Of a DNA stretch of 64,000 nucleotides, positions 10,556 through 20,918 are shown in pieces. This DNA comes from Acidobacteriota bacterium (GTDB taxonomy: Bacteria > Acidobacteriota > UBA890 > WLXD01): NCBI GenBank assembly GCA_963666055.2, contig CAXWPH010000006.1, positions 224,001-288,000 on the forward strand, written 5' to 3'. The translations under genes were made by a program, and so were the position numbers. Every line of letters begins with the position of its first letter. The first letter of the stretch is position 1. Under the pieces are notes generated by a model. It was not told the DNA's origin and ran no database searches. It was given only the letters and a program-made list of their open reading frames with translations.

Positions 10556-12006
10556 TCTTGCAGCTTCTCCTCGAGCAGCCGTCGCACCAGGGCCGGGTCG
10601 GCCCGGCCCTTGCTCTCACGCATGACTTCGCCAATGAGCACGCCTAGCACCTGGTGACGGCCTGACCGATACGCCTGCACCTCGTCCTGCCGCGCGCTCA
10701 CGACCGCGGCGATGATCGGCTCGAGTACCGCCGGGTCGCCCACCTGCTCGAGTGCCTCGGCGGCGATGATCTCACGCGCCGACGCTCGCGTCGCCGCCAT
10801 CTGATCCAGCACCTTCTTGGCAGCGCTGTTTGAGATCGTTCGGTCGGTTATTGCAGCCAGCAGGCCGGCGAGATCTTCAGCGCCCACCGGGAACGCCGAC
10901 ACGGCAACATCGTGCTGTCGCAACCACGCTGCCACCTCGCCGCGTATCCAGTTGCTCGCGAGGCCGGCATCGGCCCCCGCAGCCACCACCGTCTCGTAGT
11001 AGTCGGCGCGGTCGGGATCCTCTACCAACCAGCGAGCGTCCTCGGCAGGCACGCTCCCGTCGCGCTCGAGTCGTTGCGCCCGCTCGAACGGCAGCTCCGG
11101 AACTTGCTGCCGTGCCGCTTCGACCGCCTCATCGTCGATCTGCAACGGCACGAGGTCGGGATCGGGGAAGTAGCGGTAGTCGTGTTCCTCCTCCTTGGAA
11201 CGCATCTCTACCGTCTCTCCTTTCTCTACATCCCACAGCCGGGTGGCCGCTTCGAGGCTACCGCCATCGTCCAACAGCGCCGCTTGCCGCCGCTCCTCGA
11301 ACGCCAATGCCTGGCGCAGGAAGCGAAACGAGTTGAGGTTCTTCAGCTCGGTCTTGGAATTGAGCACCTTCTGTCCGATCGGCCGCAGCGAGATGTTGGC
11401 GTCGCACCGTAGGCTCCCCTCCTCCATGTTGGCGTCGGTGACCTCGAGATGTAGAAGCATGGTCCGCAAGGCGGCGAGAAAGTCGCTCGCCTGTTGGGGG
11501 CCGTTGAGATCGGGTTCGGTGACGATCTCCAGCAACGGCGTACCGCATCGATTCAGATCGATCAGCGTTCGGCGGCCGCTCCCCGGGCGGCCGTGCGACG
11601 ACTTCCCGGCGTCCTCTTCCAGGTGAACGCGATGGACACGAGTGCACTCCGTTACGTCGCCGCTGTGATACCGCAACCGCCCACACGTTCCGATTGGTAG
11701 CTCGTACTGCGAGATCTGATAACCCTTTGGCAAGTCGGGATAGAAATAGTTCTTGCGTGCGAACACGGCGCGCGGCGCGATCTCGCACCCCAGCGCTACG
11801 GCGACGATGATAGACAACCGCACTGCTTCGTCGTTGGCGACCGGCAGCGCCCCTGGCAGACCGAGGCACACCGGACAGGTGTGCAGGTTCGGCGGGTCGC
11901 CGAATTTTGGAGCGCAGCCGCAGAACAACTTGGTCCGAGTCCGCAGCTGGACATGCACTTCCAGCCCGACGATGGTCTCGTAATCCGCCCCGGTGCCACT
12001 GCCCAT
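10552..12006 (-). CDS. gatB: Asp/Glu-tRNA amidotransferase subunit B
   Basis: GLEVHVQL, RKNYFYPDLPKGYQISQ, HLEEDAGK, LRCDANIS, YRYFPDPDL. Confidence 0.97.
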   Translation of the reverse strand: MGSGTGADYETIVGLEVHVQLRTRTKLFCGCAPKFGDPPNLHTCPVCLGLPGALPVANDEAVRLSIIVAVALGCEIAPRAVFARKNYFYPDLPKGYQISQYELPIGTCGRLRYHSGDVTECTRVHRVHLEEDAGKSSHGRPGSGRRTLIDLNRCGTPLLEIVTEPDLNGPQQASDFLAALRTMLLHLEVTDANMEEGSLRCDANISLRPIGQKVLNSKTELKNLNSFRFLRQALAFEERRQAALLDDGGSLEAATRLWDVEKGETVEMRSKEEEHDYRYFPDPDLVPLQIDDEAVEAARQQVPELPFERAQRLERDGSVPAEDARWLVEDPDRADYYETVVAAGADAGLASNWIRGEVAAWLRQHDVAVSAFPVGAEDLAGLLAAITDRTISNSAAKKVLDQMAATRASAREIIAAEALEQVGDPAVLEPIIAAVVSARQDEVQAYRSGRHQVLGVLIGEVMRESKGRADPALVRRLLEEKLQE

Positions 12007-12061
12007 GCGGTGATTCTAGTGGACCCGCCGACCGGACTCCGCGAACCTGTTCCGGGTGTGG

Positions 12062-14833
12062 CTAGAAGTCCAGATCAGTGAGGTACGGATTCACACTTGG
12101 GCGCTCGACCTTGTCGTCCTTCGGCTGCGTCGCCGGCTTGGTCGGTTCAGCGAGCGCCGGCGCCGGGAGCGCGCCTTCGGGGCGACGCCCTCGGCCCCCT
12201 CGGCCACGAGATCCAGAGGTCGACTTGTCTCCGGTATCGTCGCCGGTGCCGCGACCTTTGTCGGCGGACGACTTGCCACGCGCACGTCGCGAGCCACTAT
12301 CGGACTCGGTGGCATCACCGCGACCGCGGCCGCGACGACGGGCGCTCTTTTCCGAGCCGCCCACACCACCAGCGCGCTTGTCGGTGGTCGCCTCAACCGC
12401 CGATTCGGCGCCATCGGGGGGCGCAGGTGAGCTCTCCGAGCTGACTGTCTCGCCGGCTGCCGAAGCCGGTGTGCTGCGCCTGCGCCTACGTCCACCGCGA
12501 CTTCCGCGGCGACGACGCGGCTTGGGCCCCTCCGAAGATTCCTCGGAGGCATTTCCGGCAACGACTCGTTCCCGTTGCTCTTTCTCGGCTGGCGCGTCAG
12601 CCGCCACCGGCGCCGACTTTCCGCGCCCACGACGACGTCGTCCGCGGCGCGGACGGGCGCGCTTCTCGGGCGCCGGCGCAGCCTTGGGCAGGGGGCCTTC
12701 TTCAAGGACAAAGTCGAGCCGGCGACGTTCCACGTCGGCCTTGGCGACACGCACCCGTACCTGATCGCCGAGCGCCAGAACGCGGCTGCCGCGCTCCCCA
12801 CGCAAGCTGTGCTTGGCCTCGTCGAACCGGTAATAGTCGTCGCTGAGTGTCGATACCGGCACCATGCCCTCGACCAACACATCGTCGAGCTCGACGAAGA
12901 AGCCGAATGCTTGCACGCCCACGATGTGTCCCGTGTACACCTCCCCGAGCTTGTCCGACATGAACTGCACTTTCTTCCATCCGCAGTACTCGCGTTCGGC
13001 CTCTTCAGCACGACGCTCCTGGCTCGAGCAGTAGCTGGCGATGCTCTCGAGGTCTGCCGGCATCGGGACGGCGGCATCGGAACCTGCCGTCGAGTCTCGA
13101 TCGAATTTCAATGCTCGGTGGACGATCAGGTCGGGATAGCGACGGATGGGCGAGGTGAAATGTGTGTAGCGCTCCGACGCCAGACCGAAGTGCCCCTCGT
13201 TCTCGACCTGGTATTGCGCCCGCTTCATGCCGCGCAGGACGAGCATAGATACGACGCGCTCCTCGGGCCTACCCTCGAGTCGTTCCAGCAGCTCGCTGAA
13301 GTGGCGCGGGCTGGGTGTAGGCCCGCCGCCGAACGAGTATCCAAGACCGCTGAGGAAGTCGCGTAGTGCCTCGACGCGCCTCTCGTCGGGCCCTTCATGC
13401 ACGCGATAGAGCCCGTCCACACCTTCCCAGGTCATGTGGCTGGCAACCACCTCATTGGCCCGAATCATGAATTCCTCGATGATCCGGTGCGCCGCGTTGC
13501 GCTCGGCGCGCACGATGTCCTCGGTCTCGCCGCGCAAGTTGATAATCAGCTCGGGCTCCGGCAGATCGAAATCGATGCTGCCACGTTGCCGGCGCACGTC
13601 CATGAGCAGCTTGGCGAGCTCCTGCATGCGCTCGAGGTTCTCGACGTGTGCCTCGTGTTCCTTGCGGGCTTCATCATCGCCGTCCAGAACCGCTGCCACC
13701 TGTCTGTAGGTCAGGCGCGCGGCGGAATGGATAACACCGTCGTGAAACTCGTAGTTCAGCGTGCGGCCCTGACGGTCGATGTCGACGACCAGAGATTGCA
13801 CCAGACGGTCGACCCCTGGCTTCAGCGAGCAGATTTCGTTCGACAGCGATTCCGGCAACATCGGCAGGACGCGATCCGGGAAGTAGACAGACGTGGCGCG
13901 CTTTCGCGCCTCCGCATCAATACGCGAGCCCGGCGCCACGTAGTGCGCTACGTCGGCAATGTGGATGTGCAGTCGATAGGTCCTGTCAGGCTGACCTTCC
14001 ACGTACACGGCATCGTCGAAATCCTGTGCGTTCTCGCCGTCGATCGTGATGATCGGCAAGGTGCGAAAATCCGTGCGTCCTTCGATCTCCTCTTCGCTCA
14101 CCGTCGTCGCGGCCTCGCTCGCCTCCTTCAGCACCGCAGCGGGAAACTCGTGAGGAAGATCGTACTCACGGATCACGATCTCGACGTCGACCTTGGCGTC
14201 GGCAGCGTCACCGAGCACCTCGACGACCTTGCCGACAGCGCCGCGGCGCCCTTGTGGGTACTCGACAATCTCGATGCTGACGATCTGCCCGTCGGCGGCA
14301 TCGCCGAGGGAACTCGCCGGTATGGCGATCTCGTTGCCGAGGCGCCGATCGAGTGGGCGGGCGTAGGCAAGTCCCCCTACGTGCTCGAGCTTGGCAACGA
14401 TTCTGCTGCGCGCACGCTCGAGCACGCGAATCACCCGACCCTCGCGCTTGCCGCTGCGACGTCGATGCTCGAAGCGAGCGATCACGCGGTCGCCGTGCAG
14501 CGCACCCCGCAGCTGATGGCCGGGGATGAACAGGTCGGACTGTCCGGACCCCGCAACGGGTACCACGAACGCGAAGCCGTCGGGGTGCGCGCTCAGGCGC
14601 CCAACGACGAGGTTCATGCGCTCGGGCGCCCCGTAGCGGCCACGCGTCTCGACGACAGTGCCAGTGGCTACGAGCTCGTCGAGGAGAGCCTGCAGTTGGG
14701 AAACAAGTTCTGGATCGAGCTCAAGATCTTTGGCGAGGGTATCCGGAGACACCGGGCCGCGCGCTGAGTCGCGCAGATGAGTGAGAAGGCGAGAAGCGTC
14801 GAGCACCGGCTCGGCAGACGTGGAGATGGTCAT
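12062..14833 (-). CDS. rnr: Ribonuclease R with long basic disordered C-terminal tail
   Basis: TIDGENAQDFDDA, YTHFTSPIRRYPDL, CSD and S1 domains. Confidence 0.96.
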   Translation of the reverse strand: MTISTSAEPVLDASRLLTHLRDSARGPVSPDTLAKDLELDPELVSQLQALLDELVATGTVVETRGRYGAPERMNLVVGRLSAHPDGFAFVVPVAGSGQSDLFIPGHQLRGALHGDRVIARFEHRRRSGKREGRVIRVLERARSRIVAKLEHVGGLAYARPLDRRLGNEIAIPASSLGDAADGQIVSIEIVEYPQGRRGAVGKVVEVLGDAADAKVDVEIVIREYDLPHEFPAAVLKEASEAATTVSEEEIEGRTDFRTLPIITIDGENAQDFDDAVYVEGQPDRTYRLHIHIADVAHYVAPGSRIDAEARKRATSVYFPDRVLPMLPESLSNEICSLKPGVDRLVQSLVVDIDRQGRTLNYEFHDGVIHSAARLTYRQVAAVLDGDDEARKEHEAHVENLERMQELAKLLMDVRRQRGSIDFDLPEPELIINLRGETEDIVRAERNAAHRIIEEFMIRANEVVASHMTWEGVDGLYRVHEGPDERRVEALRDFLSGLGYSFGGGPTPSPRHFSELLERLEGRPEERVVSMLVLRGMKRAQYQVENEGHFGLASERYTHFTSPIRRYPDLIVHRALKFDRDSTAGSDAAVPMPADLESIASYCSSQERRAEEAEREYCGWKKVQFMSDKLGEVYTGHIVGVQAFGFFVELDDVLVEGMVPVSTLSDDYYRFDEAKHSLRGERGSRVLALGDQVRVRVAKADVERRRLDFVLEEGPLPKAAPAPEKRARPRRGRRRRGRGKSAPVAADAPAEKEQRERVVAGNASEESSEGPKPRRRRGSRGGRRRRRSTPASAAGETVSSESSPAPPDGAESAVEATTDKRAGGVGGSEKSARRRGRGRGDATESDSGSRRARGKSSADKGRGTGDDTGDKSTSGSRGRGGRGRRPEGALPAPALAEPTKPATQPKDDKVERPSVNPYLTDLDF

Positions 14834-15110
14834 CTACAACTCTATGCTGACAGTTGCTCCGTGCGCGCAGTCTCATCGTGTCCTCAGGTGCAAATGTCTG
14901 TAGCGATCCTGCGCCTTTGCGATGCTGCGCATTGAGTGGTCGCGCCGCGGGGCCGTAAAACCGCCAGCGCCCCGAGATCGGGGTGGGTGAGCAGAGCGAA
15001 AGGCCCGTTGCGTGGCGGCGACCCAGTGTGCCGGTCAGCGTACGGCCACCGGAAAATCATAGCACCTGCCGCTCCTACACGCCGACGTATGCTGGTGTAC
15101 CCTCTCGCGC

Positions 15111-16946
15111 ATGCTCGGACGCCATCTGCCCGCGCTGATCCTCGTGTTGATCTCCCTGGCTGCTCTGGGGTACGCGGCCACGCTGCGCGTCTCCGACAAC
15201 AAGACCAACGGCACCCACACGGGCATCTTCTGGAGCGACGAGGCCGTCTACCATTCGATGGCCCTTAGCTTCGCGTTCGACGGCGACATCCGGTACGAGC
15301 GCAAGGACCTGGAGCGAGTATACGCGGCAGGCTACAGTGGCGGGCCCTCTGGCCTCTTCCTGGTTCGCAATCCTGCCAACGGCCACCTCTACTACTCGAA
15401 GGCCTGGGTCTACCCGCTGGTGGCGGCACCCTTCGTCCGACTCTTCGGCGACAACGGGTTCTTCATTCTGCACGCGCTGTTGCTCGCCACCATGCTCGCG
15501 GCCGGGTACACGTATGCGCGCCGTGGGTCGCCGTCGGCGGTAGCCAGCCTGTTCACCGTCACCTACGTGCTCGGATCCGTGGTCACGCTGTACTTCTTCT
15601 GGATGACCCCGGAGTGGTTCAACTGCACGTTGATGTTCCTGGCCACCTTCCTATGGCTGTACAAGGAGACCCCCACCGCGTCGCAAGGCGGCAGATGGAG
15701 CTCGCTGCTCGACGGAGCCTGGACCGACTACGCGGCGGCGCTGGTCTACGGGTTGGCGATCTTCTCCAAGCCGCCGAATCTCCTGCTCATCGCCCCTCTA
15801 TTGCTGTGGAACCTGTGGCAGCGACGATGGGGACGCTCCATCGCGTGCGGCACCGTCTGCGCCGGCGTCATCCTGGCGATGTTCGCGGTGACCTGGGCCT
15901 GGATCGGCAGCCCCAACTACCAGGGCGGCGACCGTCGGCAATTCAACGTCAACACGTCGTATCCGCTCTTTAGCCCCGACCAGACCTTCGATTCGATCGG
16001 CATCGACATGACCACCAATCTCTCCGACTTCGCCGCCGCGCTGCCGCCATTCGACACCTGGGCACGCGACCTCGTCTACGTGTGGATCGGGCGTAACGGC
16101 GGCATGGTGCTCTACATGTTTCCGGCAGTCTTGGCGCTGGGTCTGTTCCTGGTACGCAGCCGATGGCGCCTAATGAGCCCACACGGCCTGCTGGCGGTGT
16201 TCTGGCTTCTGGAGATTCTGGCAATCGTGCTGTACGTGCGCGGCAACTGGATCGGAGGTGGCGGCACGGTCGGCAGCCGCTACTTCGCCAACGTATATCC
16301 GGTGCTCTTCTTCATCCTGCCCACCGGTACGCGCCTCGCAGCCTCGGCGGCCTCCTGGGTTGTATGGGGCATGTGCCTGGCGCAGATCGTGCTCAGCCCG
16401 GTAACCGCCTCGCTCCGACCGGCTGCGCACACCACCCATTTGCCCTACACCTTGTTCCCGGTCGAGCTCACCATCCTCCACAATCTCCCGTTCAACACCA
16501 ACCCGCGGGCGCGTCGGCAAACCCTCACCAGGCCAGCCAGATTCCACCTCTACTTCCTCGACGACAACACCTACCTGTCCGAGCCGGAGGTGGGTGGGTT
16601 TTGGGTCAAGGGAGGGCGAGAAGCCGAGGTTGTCCTACGTACCGCGGCACCGGCCGAGCGCATCACGCTCAGCATCCGCAATCGCACGCGGGCCAACCGA
16701 GTCATAGTGCGCTTCGGCAGCCAGGTGGTGGAACGCCGCATCGAGCCGCGGGCGTCGATCGAGCTCACCCTCGAGATCGACGAACAACAACGCTACATCG
16801 AGGGGCCAAGCTGGCTGTACCGACTCAGCATCTGGTCCGAGCAGGGTACGTTGCCCATATTCGACACCGAAGGAAGTGGCGATATCCGCAACCTCGGCGT
16901 CCTGGTCAAGCCATCGGTGGAGCCCGACCTACCGCTGATGCGCTGA
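15111..16946 (+). CDS. Polytopic membrane protein, GT-C (PMT/ArnT-like) glycosyltransferase-like
   Basis: WSDEAVY acidic loop after TM1, many TM helices, SKPP, GSRYF, soluble C-terminal domain. Confidence 0.55.
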   Translation: MLGRHLPALILVLISLAALGYAATLRVSDNKTNGTHTGIFWSDEAVYHSMALSFAFDGDIRYERKDLERVYAAGYSGGPSGLFLVRNPANGHLYYSKAWVYPLVAAPFVRLFGDNGFFILHALLLATMLAAGYTYARRGSPSAVASLFTVTYVLGSVVTLYFFWMTPEWFNCTLMFLATFLWLYKETPTASQGGRWSSLLDGAWTDYAAALVYGLAIFSKPPNLLLIAPLLLWNLWQRRWGRSIACGTVCAGVILAMFAVTWAWIGSPNYQGGDRRQFNVNTSYPLFSPDQTFDSIGIDMTTNLSDFAAALPPFDTWARDLVYVWIGRNGGMVLYMFPAVLALGLFLVRSRWRLMSPHGLLAVFWLLEILAIVLYVRGNWIGGGGTVGSRYFANVYPVLFFILPTGTRLAASAASWVVWGMCLAQIVLSPVTASLRPAAHTTHLPYTLFPVELTILHNLPFNTNPRARRQTLTRPARFHLYFLDDNTYLSEPEVGGFWVKGGREAEVVLRTAAPAERITLSIRNRTRANRVIVRFGSQVVERRIEPRASIELTLEIDEQQRYIEGPSWLYRLSIWSEQGTLPIFDTEGSGDIRNLGVLVKPSVEPDLPLMR

Positions 16947-16978
16947 GCCGCCACGGCTCCAGCATGTGGCAAGACCCT

Positions 16979-16987
16979 TGTTATACT
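16979..16987 (+). promoter_or_regulatory. Extended -10 element for tRNA-Leu
   Basis: TG-T-TATACT 11 nt upstream of the tRNA. Confidence 0.5.
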
Positions 16988-16998
16988 CGCCCGTCCAT

Positions 16999-17082
16999 GC
17001 CCAAGTGGCGGAATTGGCAGACGCGCTAGGTTCAGGACCTAGTGGGGGCAACCCCGTGGAGGTTCAAGTCCTCTCTTGGGCA
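16999..17082 (+). tRNA. tRNA-Leu(CAG), island integration target
   Basis: GCCCAAG acceptor, GGCGGAATTGGCAGACGC D arm, CTAGG-TTCAGGA-CCTAG anticodon arm, long variable arm, GGTTCAAGTCC T arm. Confidence 0.95.
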
Positions 17083-17233
17083 CTTGATGTAACCTATTGA
17101 CAGGTAACGAGTTGCGGAAGGGAGCCGGCCGGCGCGGCCAGGTTCCTTTCGGCGTTTCAGGGCCAGAAAGTAACGAACAGGTAACGGGAGGCGCGTGTCC
17201 CGGCAGCGTAGCTCCGAACTGGAGCATCGCTCC

Positions 17234-17420
17234 TACTTCCTCCGGGCCGTTAGCTCAGTTGGCAGAGCACCGGCCTTTTAAACCTGCCCCGCCCGGTTTC
17301 CGGAACCCTGCAGCGACGGGCGATTCCGCGCTTTCTCCCGTCGACATGGCCACTTACGAGTTTACGTAGGGTTGCGCAGTTTACGCAGCTTTAGCTCCGC
17401 GTAAGGGCAAAACAAGGGCG
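17234..17420 (+). repeat. tRNA-Lys(TTT) 5'-half plus ~140-bp tail, copy 1
   Basis: GGGCCGTTAGCTCAGTTGGCAGAGCACCGGCCTTTTAA (17244-17281) stops after the anticodon loop; tail carries TTTACG-type repeats; near-identical to 19236-19424. Confidence 0.8.
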
Positions 17421-17689
17421 GCACGAGGGGCGCGACGCGGAAGGTGCCTGCTCTCGCCTACCCTGCTAACGCGCTCGCCGAGCCGACTCGGCCCGATCCA
17501 ACGGACGCTCGCCCCGTAAGATTCCTGCCGTCTAATCAACGCTCGGGTCGGCGTAAGTTCCTGCATAGAAAGAAATTGACGACGGGCGCCCTGGTGCTAC
17601 AGCCGTGGGGGCTGGTGTCGAACACGCGAACAACGGCGACCCAATGGGCAACAGACGCCAACGGTCACAGCGGTAATGGATTACCGCGG

Positions 17690-17785
17690 ACACTGTACGA
17701 GTACGCGTGCCACGAGGGGAACTACTCGCTCGCCAATACCCTGAGTGGCGCGCGCTATGAGGAGACCAGCGAGGAGAACAGATAG
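17690..17785 (+). pseudogene. C-terminal remnant of a conserved hypothetical protein (YEYACHEGN motif)
   Basis: LYEYACHEGNYSLANTLSGAR looks like a conserved C-terminus; upstream frame is not protein-like. Confidence 0.4.
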
Positions 17786-17882
17786 CGCCGGTCGCCAGCG
17801 CGGGCGACATGGTACGGTGGCATGGCTCGATGCGTGGATGCTGCATTCGACCAAATGAGCTCACACAGACAGGAGAACGGCG

Positions 17883-19145
17883 ATGGGCGACGATCGACAC
17901 CGCGTGGATCAGACAGGGCTACGAACCCCCGACAACACGCCGACGATGCCGCGAGCAGGCCTGGCACTGGCGGGAGTGCTGGCGACTGTTCTGCTGGTGA
18001 CGGTGTCTGTGCTGAGCACGACCGCGACCGTCGACGCAGCGTCGCATCCGCCGATCCAGGCGCAACAGTCGGGCGATGCCGCGATGCCCGACACCGATTC
18101 GATGAGCGATGAGGAGTTCGTAACGCTGCTGGCGTCAGCAGAGCTGGGCCCCTACGCGCGTGAGGATGCTCTCGCCGATACGTTCTCGCTAGAGCGCGCC
18201 GTCAGCTTCCTCGATCGGGTTGCCCTGACATGGGGTGAGAAGTACGGCTGCGTCACCTGCCATACGAACGGTTTGTATCTCACGGCACCGCCCGAGATCT
18301 TCGCCGAGCGCCGTGCCTTCGAGATAGCACACGATCAGGCTGCTCGCTATGTGCGCTCCTGGCGCGCCAACGACGTGCCTGGCAACGATGCGCCCGCCCC
18401 AGACGTGCCGGACGTCGTTGGCACGTCTGCGTTTCTGGCCATCAACGAGGCCCAGTCCGGTGAAAAAGAGCTCAGCGACATCACCGTGGAGGCGCTCGAC
18501 CGCGCCTGGTCGCTACAGGACGAAGGGGGCCACTGGACTGGGTTTGTATCCAACTGGCCGCCGTTCTACGATCGCCAGTGGCCCGTCACGCTGATGGTGA
18601 TCGCTACCGGCATGGCTCCGGGCGACTACGCCAGCACTGACGCCGCCGTGGAGGGGATGCGCAGGATTCGCGACCACATCGACGCGAACCCGCCCGAGTT
18701 CGCCCACAACCGCGGCATGCTGCTGTGGGCCGGCAGCGTCAACGAGGGGCTGGTCAGCGACGCCGATCGCCAACGCTGGATCGACGAGCTTCTCGATCTG
18801 CAGCGTGACGACGGTGGCTGGGCCTCGGGAAAGCTCGGCGTATGGCGTATGCGCAAGGGGCTCGACACCGATCCCCCGGTTACTGTCGAAAGTGATGGCT
18901 ACGGCACCGGCTTCGTCATGTACGTCCTGCGACAGGCCGGCGTGCCGGCGTCGCACGCCGCGATCCAGCGCGGTGTCGGGTGGTTGAAGGCGAACCAGCG
19001 GGCCGGAGGGTACTGGTGGACCCAGTCCATACGCAATAGCTTCACAACCTCGAACTTCCTGACGCACGCCGGCACGACGTTCGCGGTCAAGGCGCTCGCG
19101 GCCTCTACGATCGAAACGGGAGGCGTCGCCAACACCGAGCGTTGA
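17883..19145 (+). CDS. Secreted prenyltransferase/squalene-oxidase repeat (squalene-hopene cyclase-like) protein
   Basis: QW-like repeats LQDEGGHW, LQRDDGGW, NQRAGGYW; SDGYGTG; CVTCH; N-terminal hydrophobic segment (start may be the later MPRAG). Confidence 0.65.
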   Translation: MGDDRHRVDQTGLRTPDNTPTMPRAGLALAGVLATVLLVTVSVLSTTATVDAASHPPIQAQQSGDAAMPDTDSMSDEEFVTLLASAELGPYAREDALADTFSLERAVSFLDRVALTWGEKYGCVTCHTNGLYLTAPPEIFAERRAFEIAHDQAARYVRSWRANDVPGNDAPAPDVPDVVGTSAFLAINEAQSGEKELSDITVEALDRAWSLQDEGGHWTGFVSNWPPFYDRQWPVTLMVIATGMAPGDYASTDAAVEGMRRIRDHIDANPPEFAHNRGMLLWAGSVNEGLVSDADRQRWIDELLDLQRDDGGWASGKLGVWRMRKGLDTDPPVTVESDGYGTGFVMYVLRQAGVPASHAAIQRGVGWLKANQRAGGYWWTQSIRNSFTTSNFLTHAGTTFAVKALAASTIETGGVANTER

Positions 19146-19235
19146 GCGCCACCCCCGAACGTGCTGATCGTCGGCGTTGACACTCGGCCGTCCGCCGTAG
19201 CGAAGACTCGTAACGCCGTGCCGCGCGAGCGCTTA

Positions 19236-19424
19236 TACTTCCTCCGGGCCGTTAGCTCAGTTGGCAGAGCACCGGCCTTTTTAAACCTGCCCCGCCCGAT
19301 TCCGGGAACCCTGCAGCCATCGGCGTTTACGTGTTTTCCCTAGCTGACATGGCCACTTACGAGTTTACGTAGGTTTGCGCAGTTTACGCAGCTTTAGCTC
19401 CGCGTAAGGGCAGAACAATGGGCG
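19236..19424 (+). repeat. tRNA-Lys(TTT) 5'-half plus tail, copy 2
   Basis: tRNA part starts at 19246, preceded by TATACT (19234-19239); one extra T in the loop relative to copy 1. Confidence 0.8.
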
Positions 19425-19714
19425 TTTCGCGAAAGAGGCAGGGCTCGGTCGTAGGTCCCGGACCGTCCGTTGCGGTCGTACCGCCGCAACTCGCCGTCGT
19501 CACGACCGCCCGGCAATCGAATACCGCTCTGGCCGGGCGGTCAGTGGTGCCAGCCGTTACTTCGGAACCCCGAGGCGCCGTCTGAGCTACGGCCTCAACC
19601 GGGTCATTCCCCCGAGAACGTGGTCCATCAAAACGACGGATCAGTTGCGGTCGCCTCGGGGGTCGCCGATCCCGCCAGTCCGCCGTTCGAGCCCCTCGCG
19701 TTACCGTGCAGGGC

Positions 19715-20918
19715 TCACCAGATTTCAGCCTCTACGAGGATCCTGGGAGGGTCATAGTCATCCGCTCCCGGGTGAGTCTGGAGGATCTCGCGCAGGCGAC
19801 GGACCGCCAACAAGGCTGCGTGAACCAGATGGTACTCGTTGTCCATGAGGGTAGGGTCATACTCATTCTCATCGAGAGCATGCGCTGGTCTGTTTCGCTC
19901 ATTCCTGACGTCCTTTAGCGCGCTGATGACGACGCACCGCTCTTCAGTCGCGTGTTCAAAAGCGACCTCCAGAAACTCCCCCAGCAGCCGGATCGTTCCT
20001 TTCTCCTTAATGATGACCCCGTCGTCAGTCTCGGTTCTTGTCTGCAGATCCACCTTGCCCCTGAAGAACCTCTTGTTCAGGTTGTCGGACAGCATCTTGT
20101 CGGCCGTGAGCGCGAGGTCCTGGTAACTTCGGAGGGTGGGCTTGGTTATCCAGGCGAACTGCGCCGGCGCCCCGCTGGCGAAGTTCTCGCGGAACAGAGG
20201 AGGCTCTCTGATCAGTTCACAGATGACATTGATCTGTTGAATCTCCTGGACGACGGCCTCGAAGGGAGATAGGCGGTTCGCAAACTCCCCTTCAACGCTC
20301 GTCTTGAAGTAATCCGAGTCCAGGAGCAGCCCCTCCCGGTCGACCTCGTATGATTTCCAGTGCAGCTGATGCTCAACGTTCGCCTCTGCGAGATCTGCGA
20401 GAATCGCCGTTACAAACCGCGCGCTCCCCCCCGTCGCTGTACGCTGCCCCCCACCGAACGTAGATCTTCCCCGGGTCTGCTAGGCCGCGCTCACGATTAT
20501 AGTCGCTCCGCCGGACAACGAAGCCGGAAACCCCGGACTCGTCGAACCGATATCGCGGATCATCGCGGTACCGTTCGAGCGCTTGGCGATCGAAGAAGAA
20601 ATCCTCAACTTGTGACCCACCGTGCCGCAGCGCCTTTGTGTAGGGGCCCAGCTCGTCACCTGCCATGGGATCTCTAGGCTCAAGAAGCAATGCGGTCGGG
20701 AACACCCATAGCTCGTCTCGCCCTTCGGGGATGCGAACGAGACCTTCTTCCGCGAGAGCTCTGACTGCGTCAGAAACAGCTTCTGAGGCTCTCGACGAGT
20801 GTGAGCGCTCGTCGACCAGTGTTACGAGCTTCCAGAGTGGGATGCCACAATGAGGGTGGCCCTCGAGCCACGAGTAGGCGATCGCATCGGCTACCACTTC
20901 CTTGAGGTGGCGGGTCAC
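19715..20918 (-). CDS. ~400-aa protein with C-terminal HEPN-like RxxxxH motif, split by a +1 frameshift
   Basis: ORFs 20373-20918 and 19715-20095 join into one frame if one base is removed from the C7 run at 20426-20432 (reads DGGSARFVTAILADL...ADKMLSDNLN); C-terminal RNRPAH. Confidence 0.6.

Noticed and set aside
3476-14767. Long alternative-frame and antisense ORFs over core genes (e.g. 3476-4681, 13397-14767)
   Set aside because: Shadow ORFs expected in high-GC coding DNA; Arg/Ala-rich and without motifs.
17244-17420. tRNA-Lys interrupted by a group I intron or a split tRNA
   Set aside because: No 3' exon with a T arm follows either copy, and no intron core elements were recognised.
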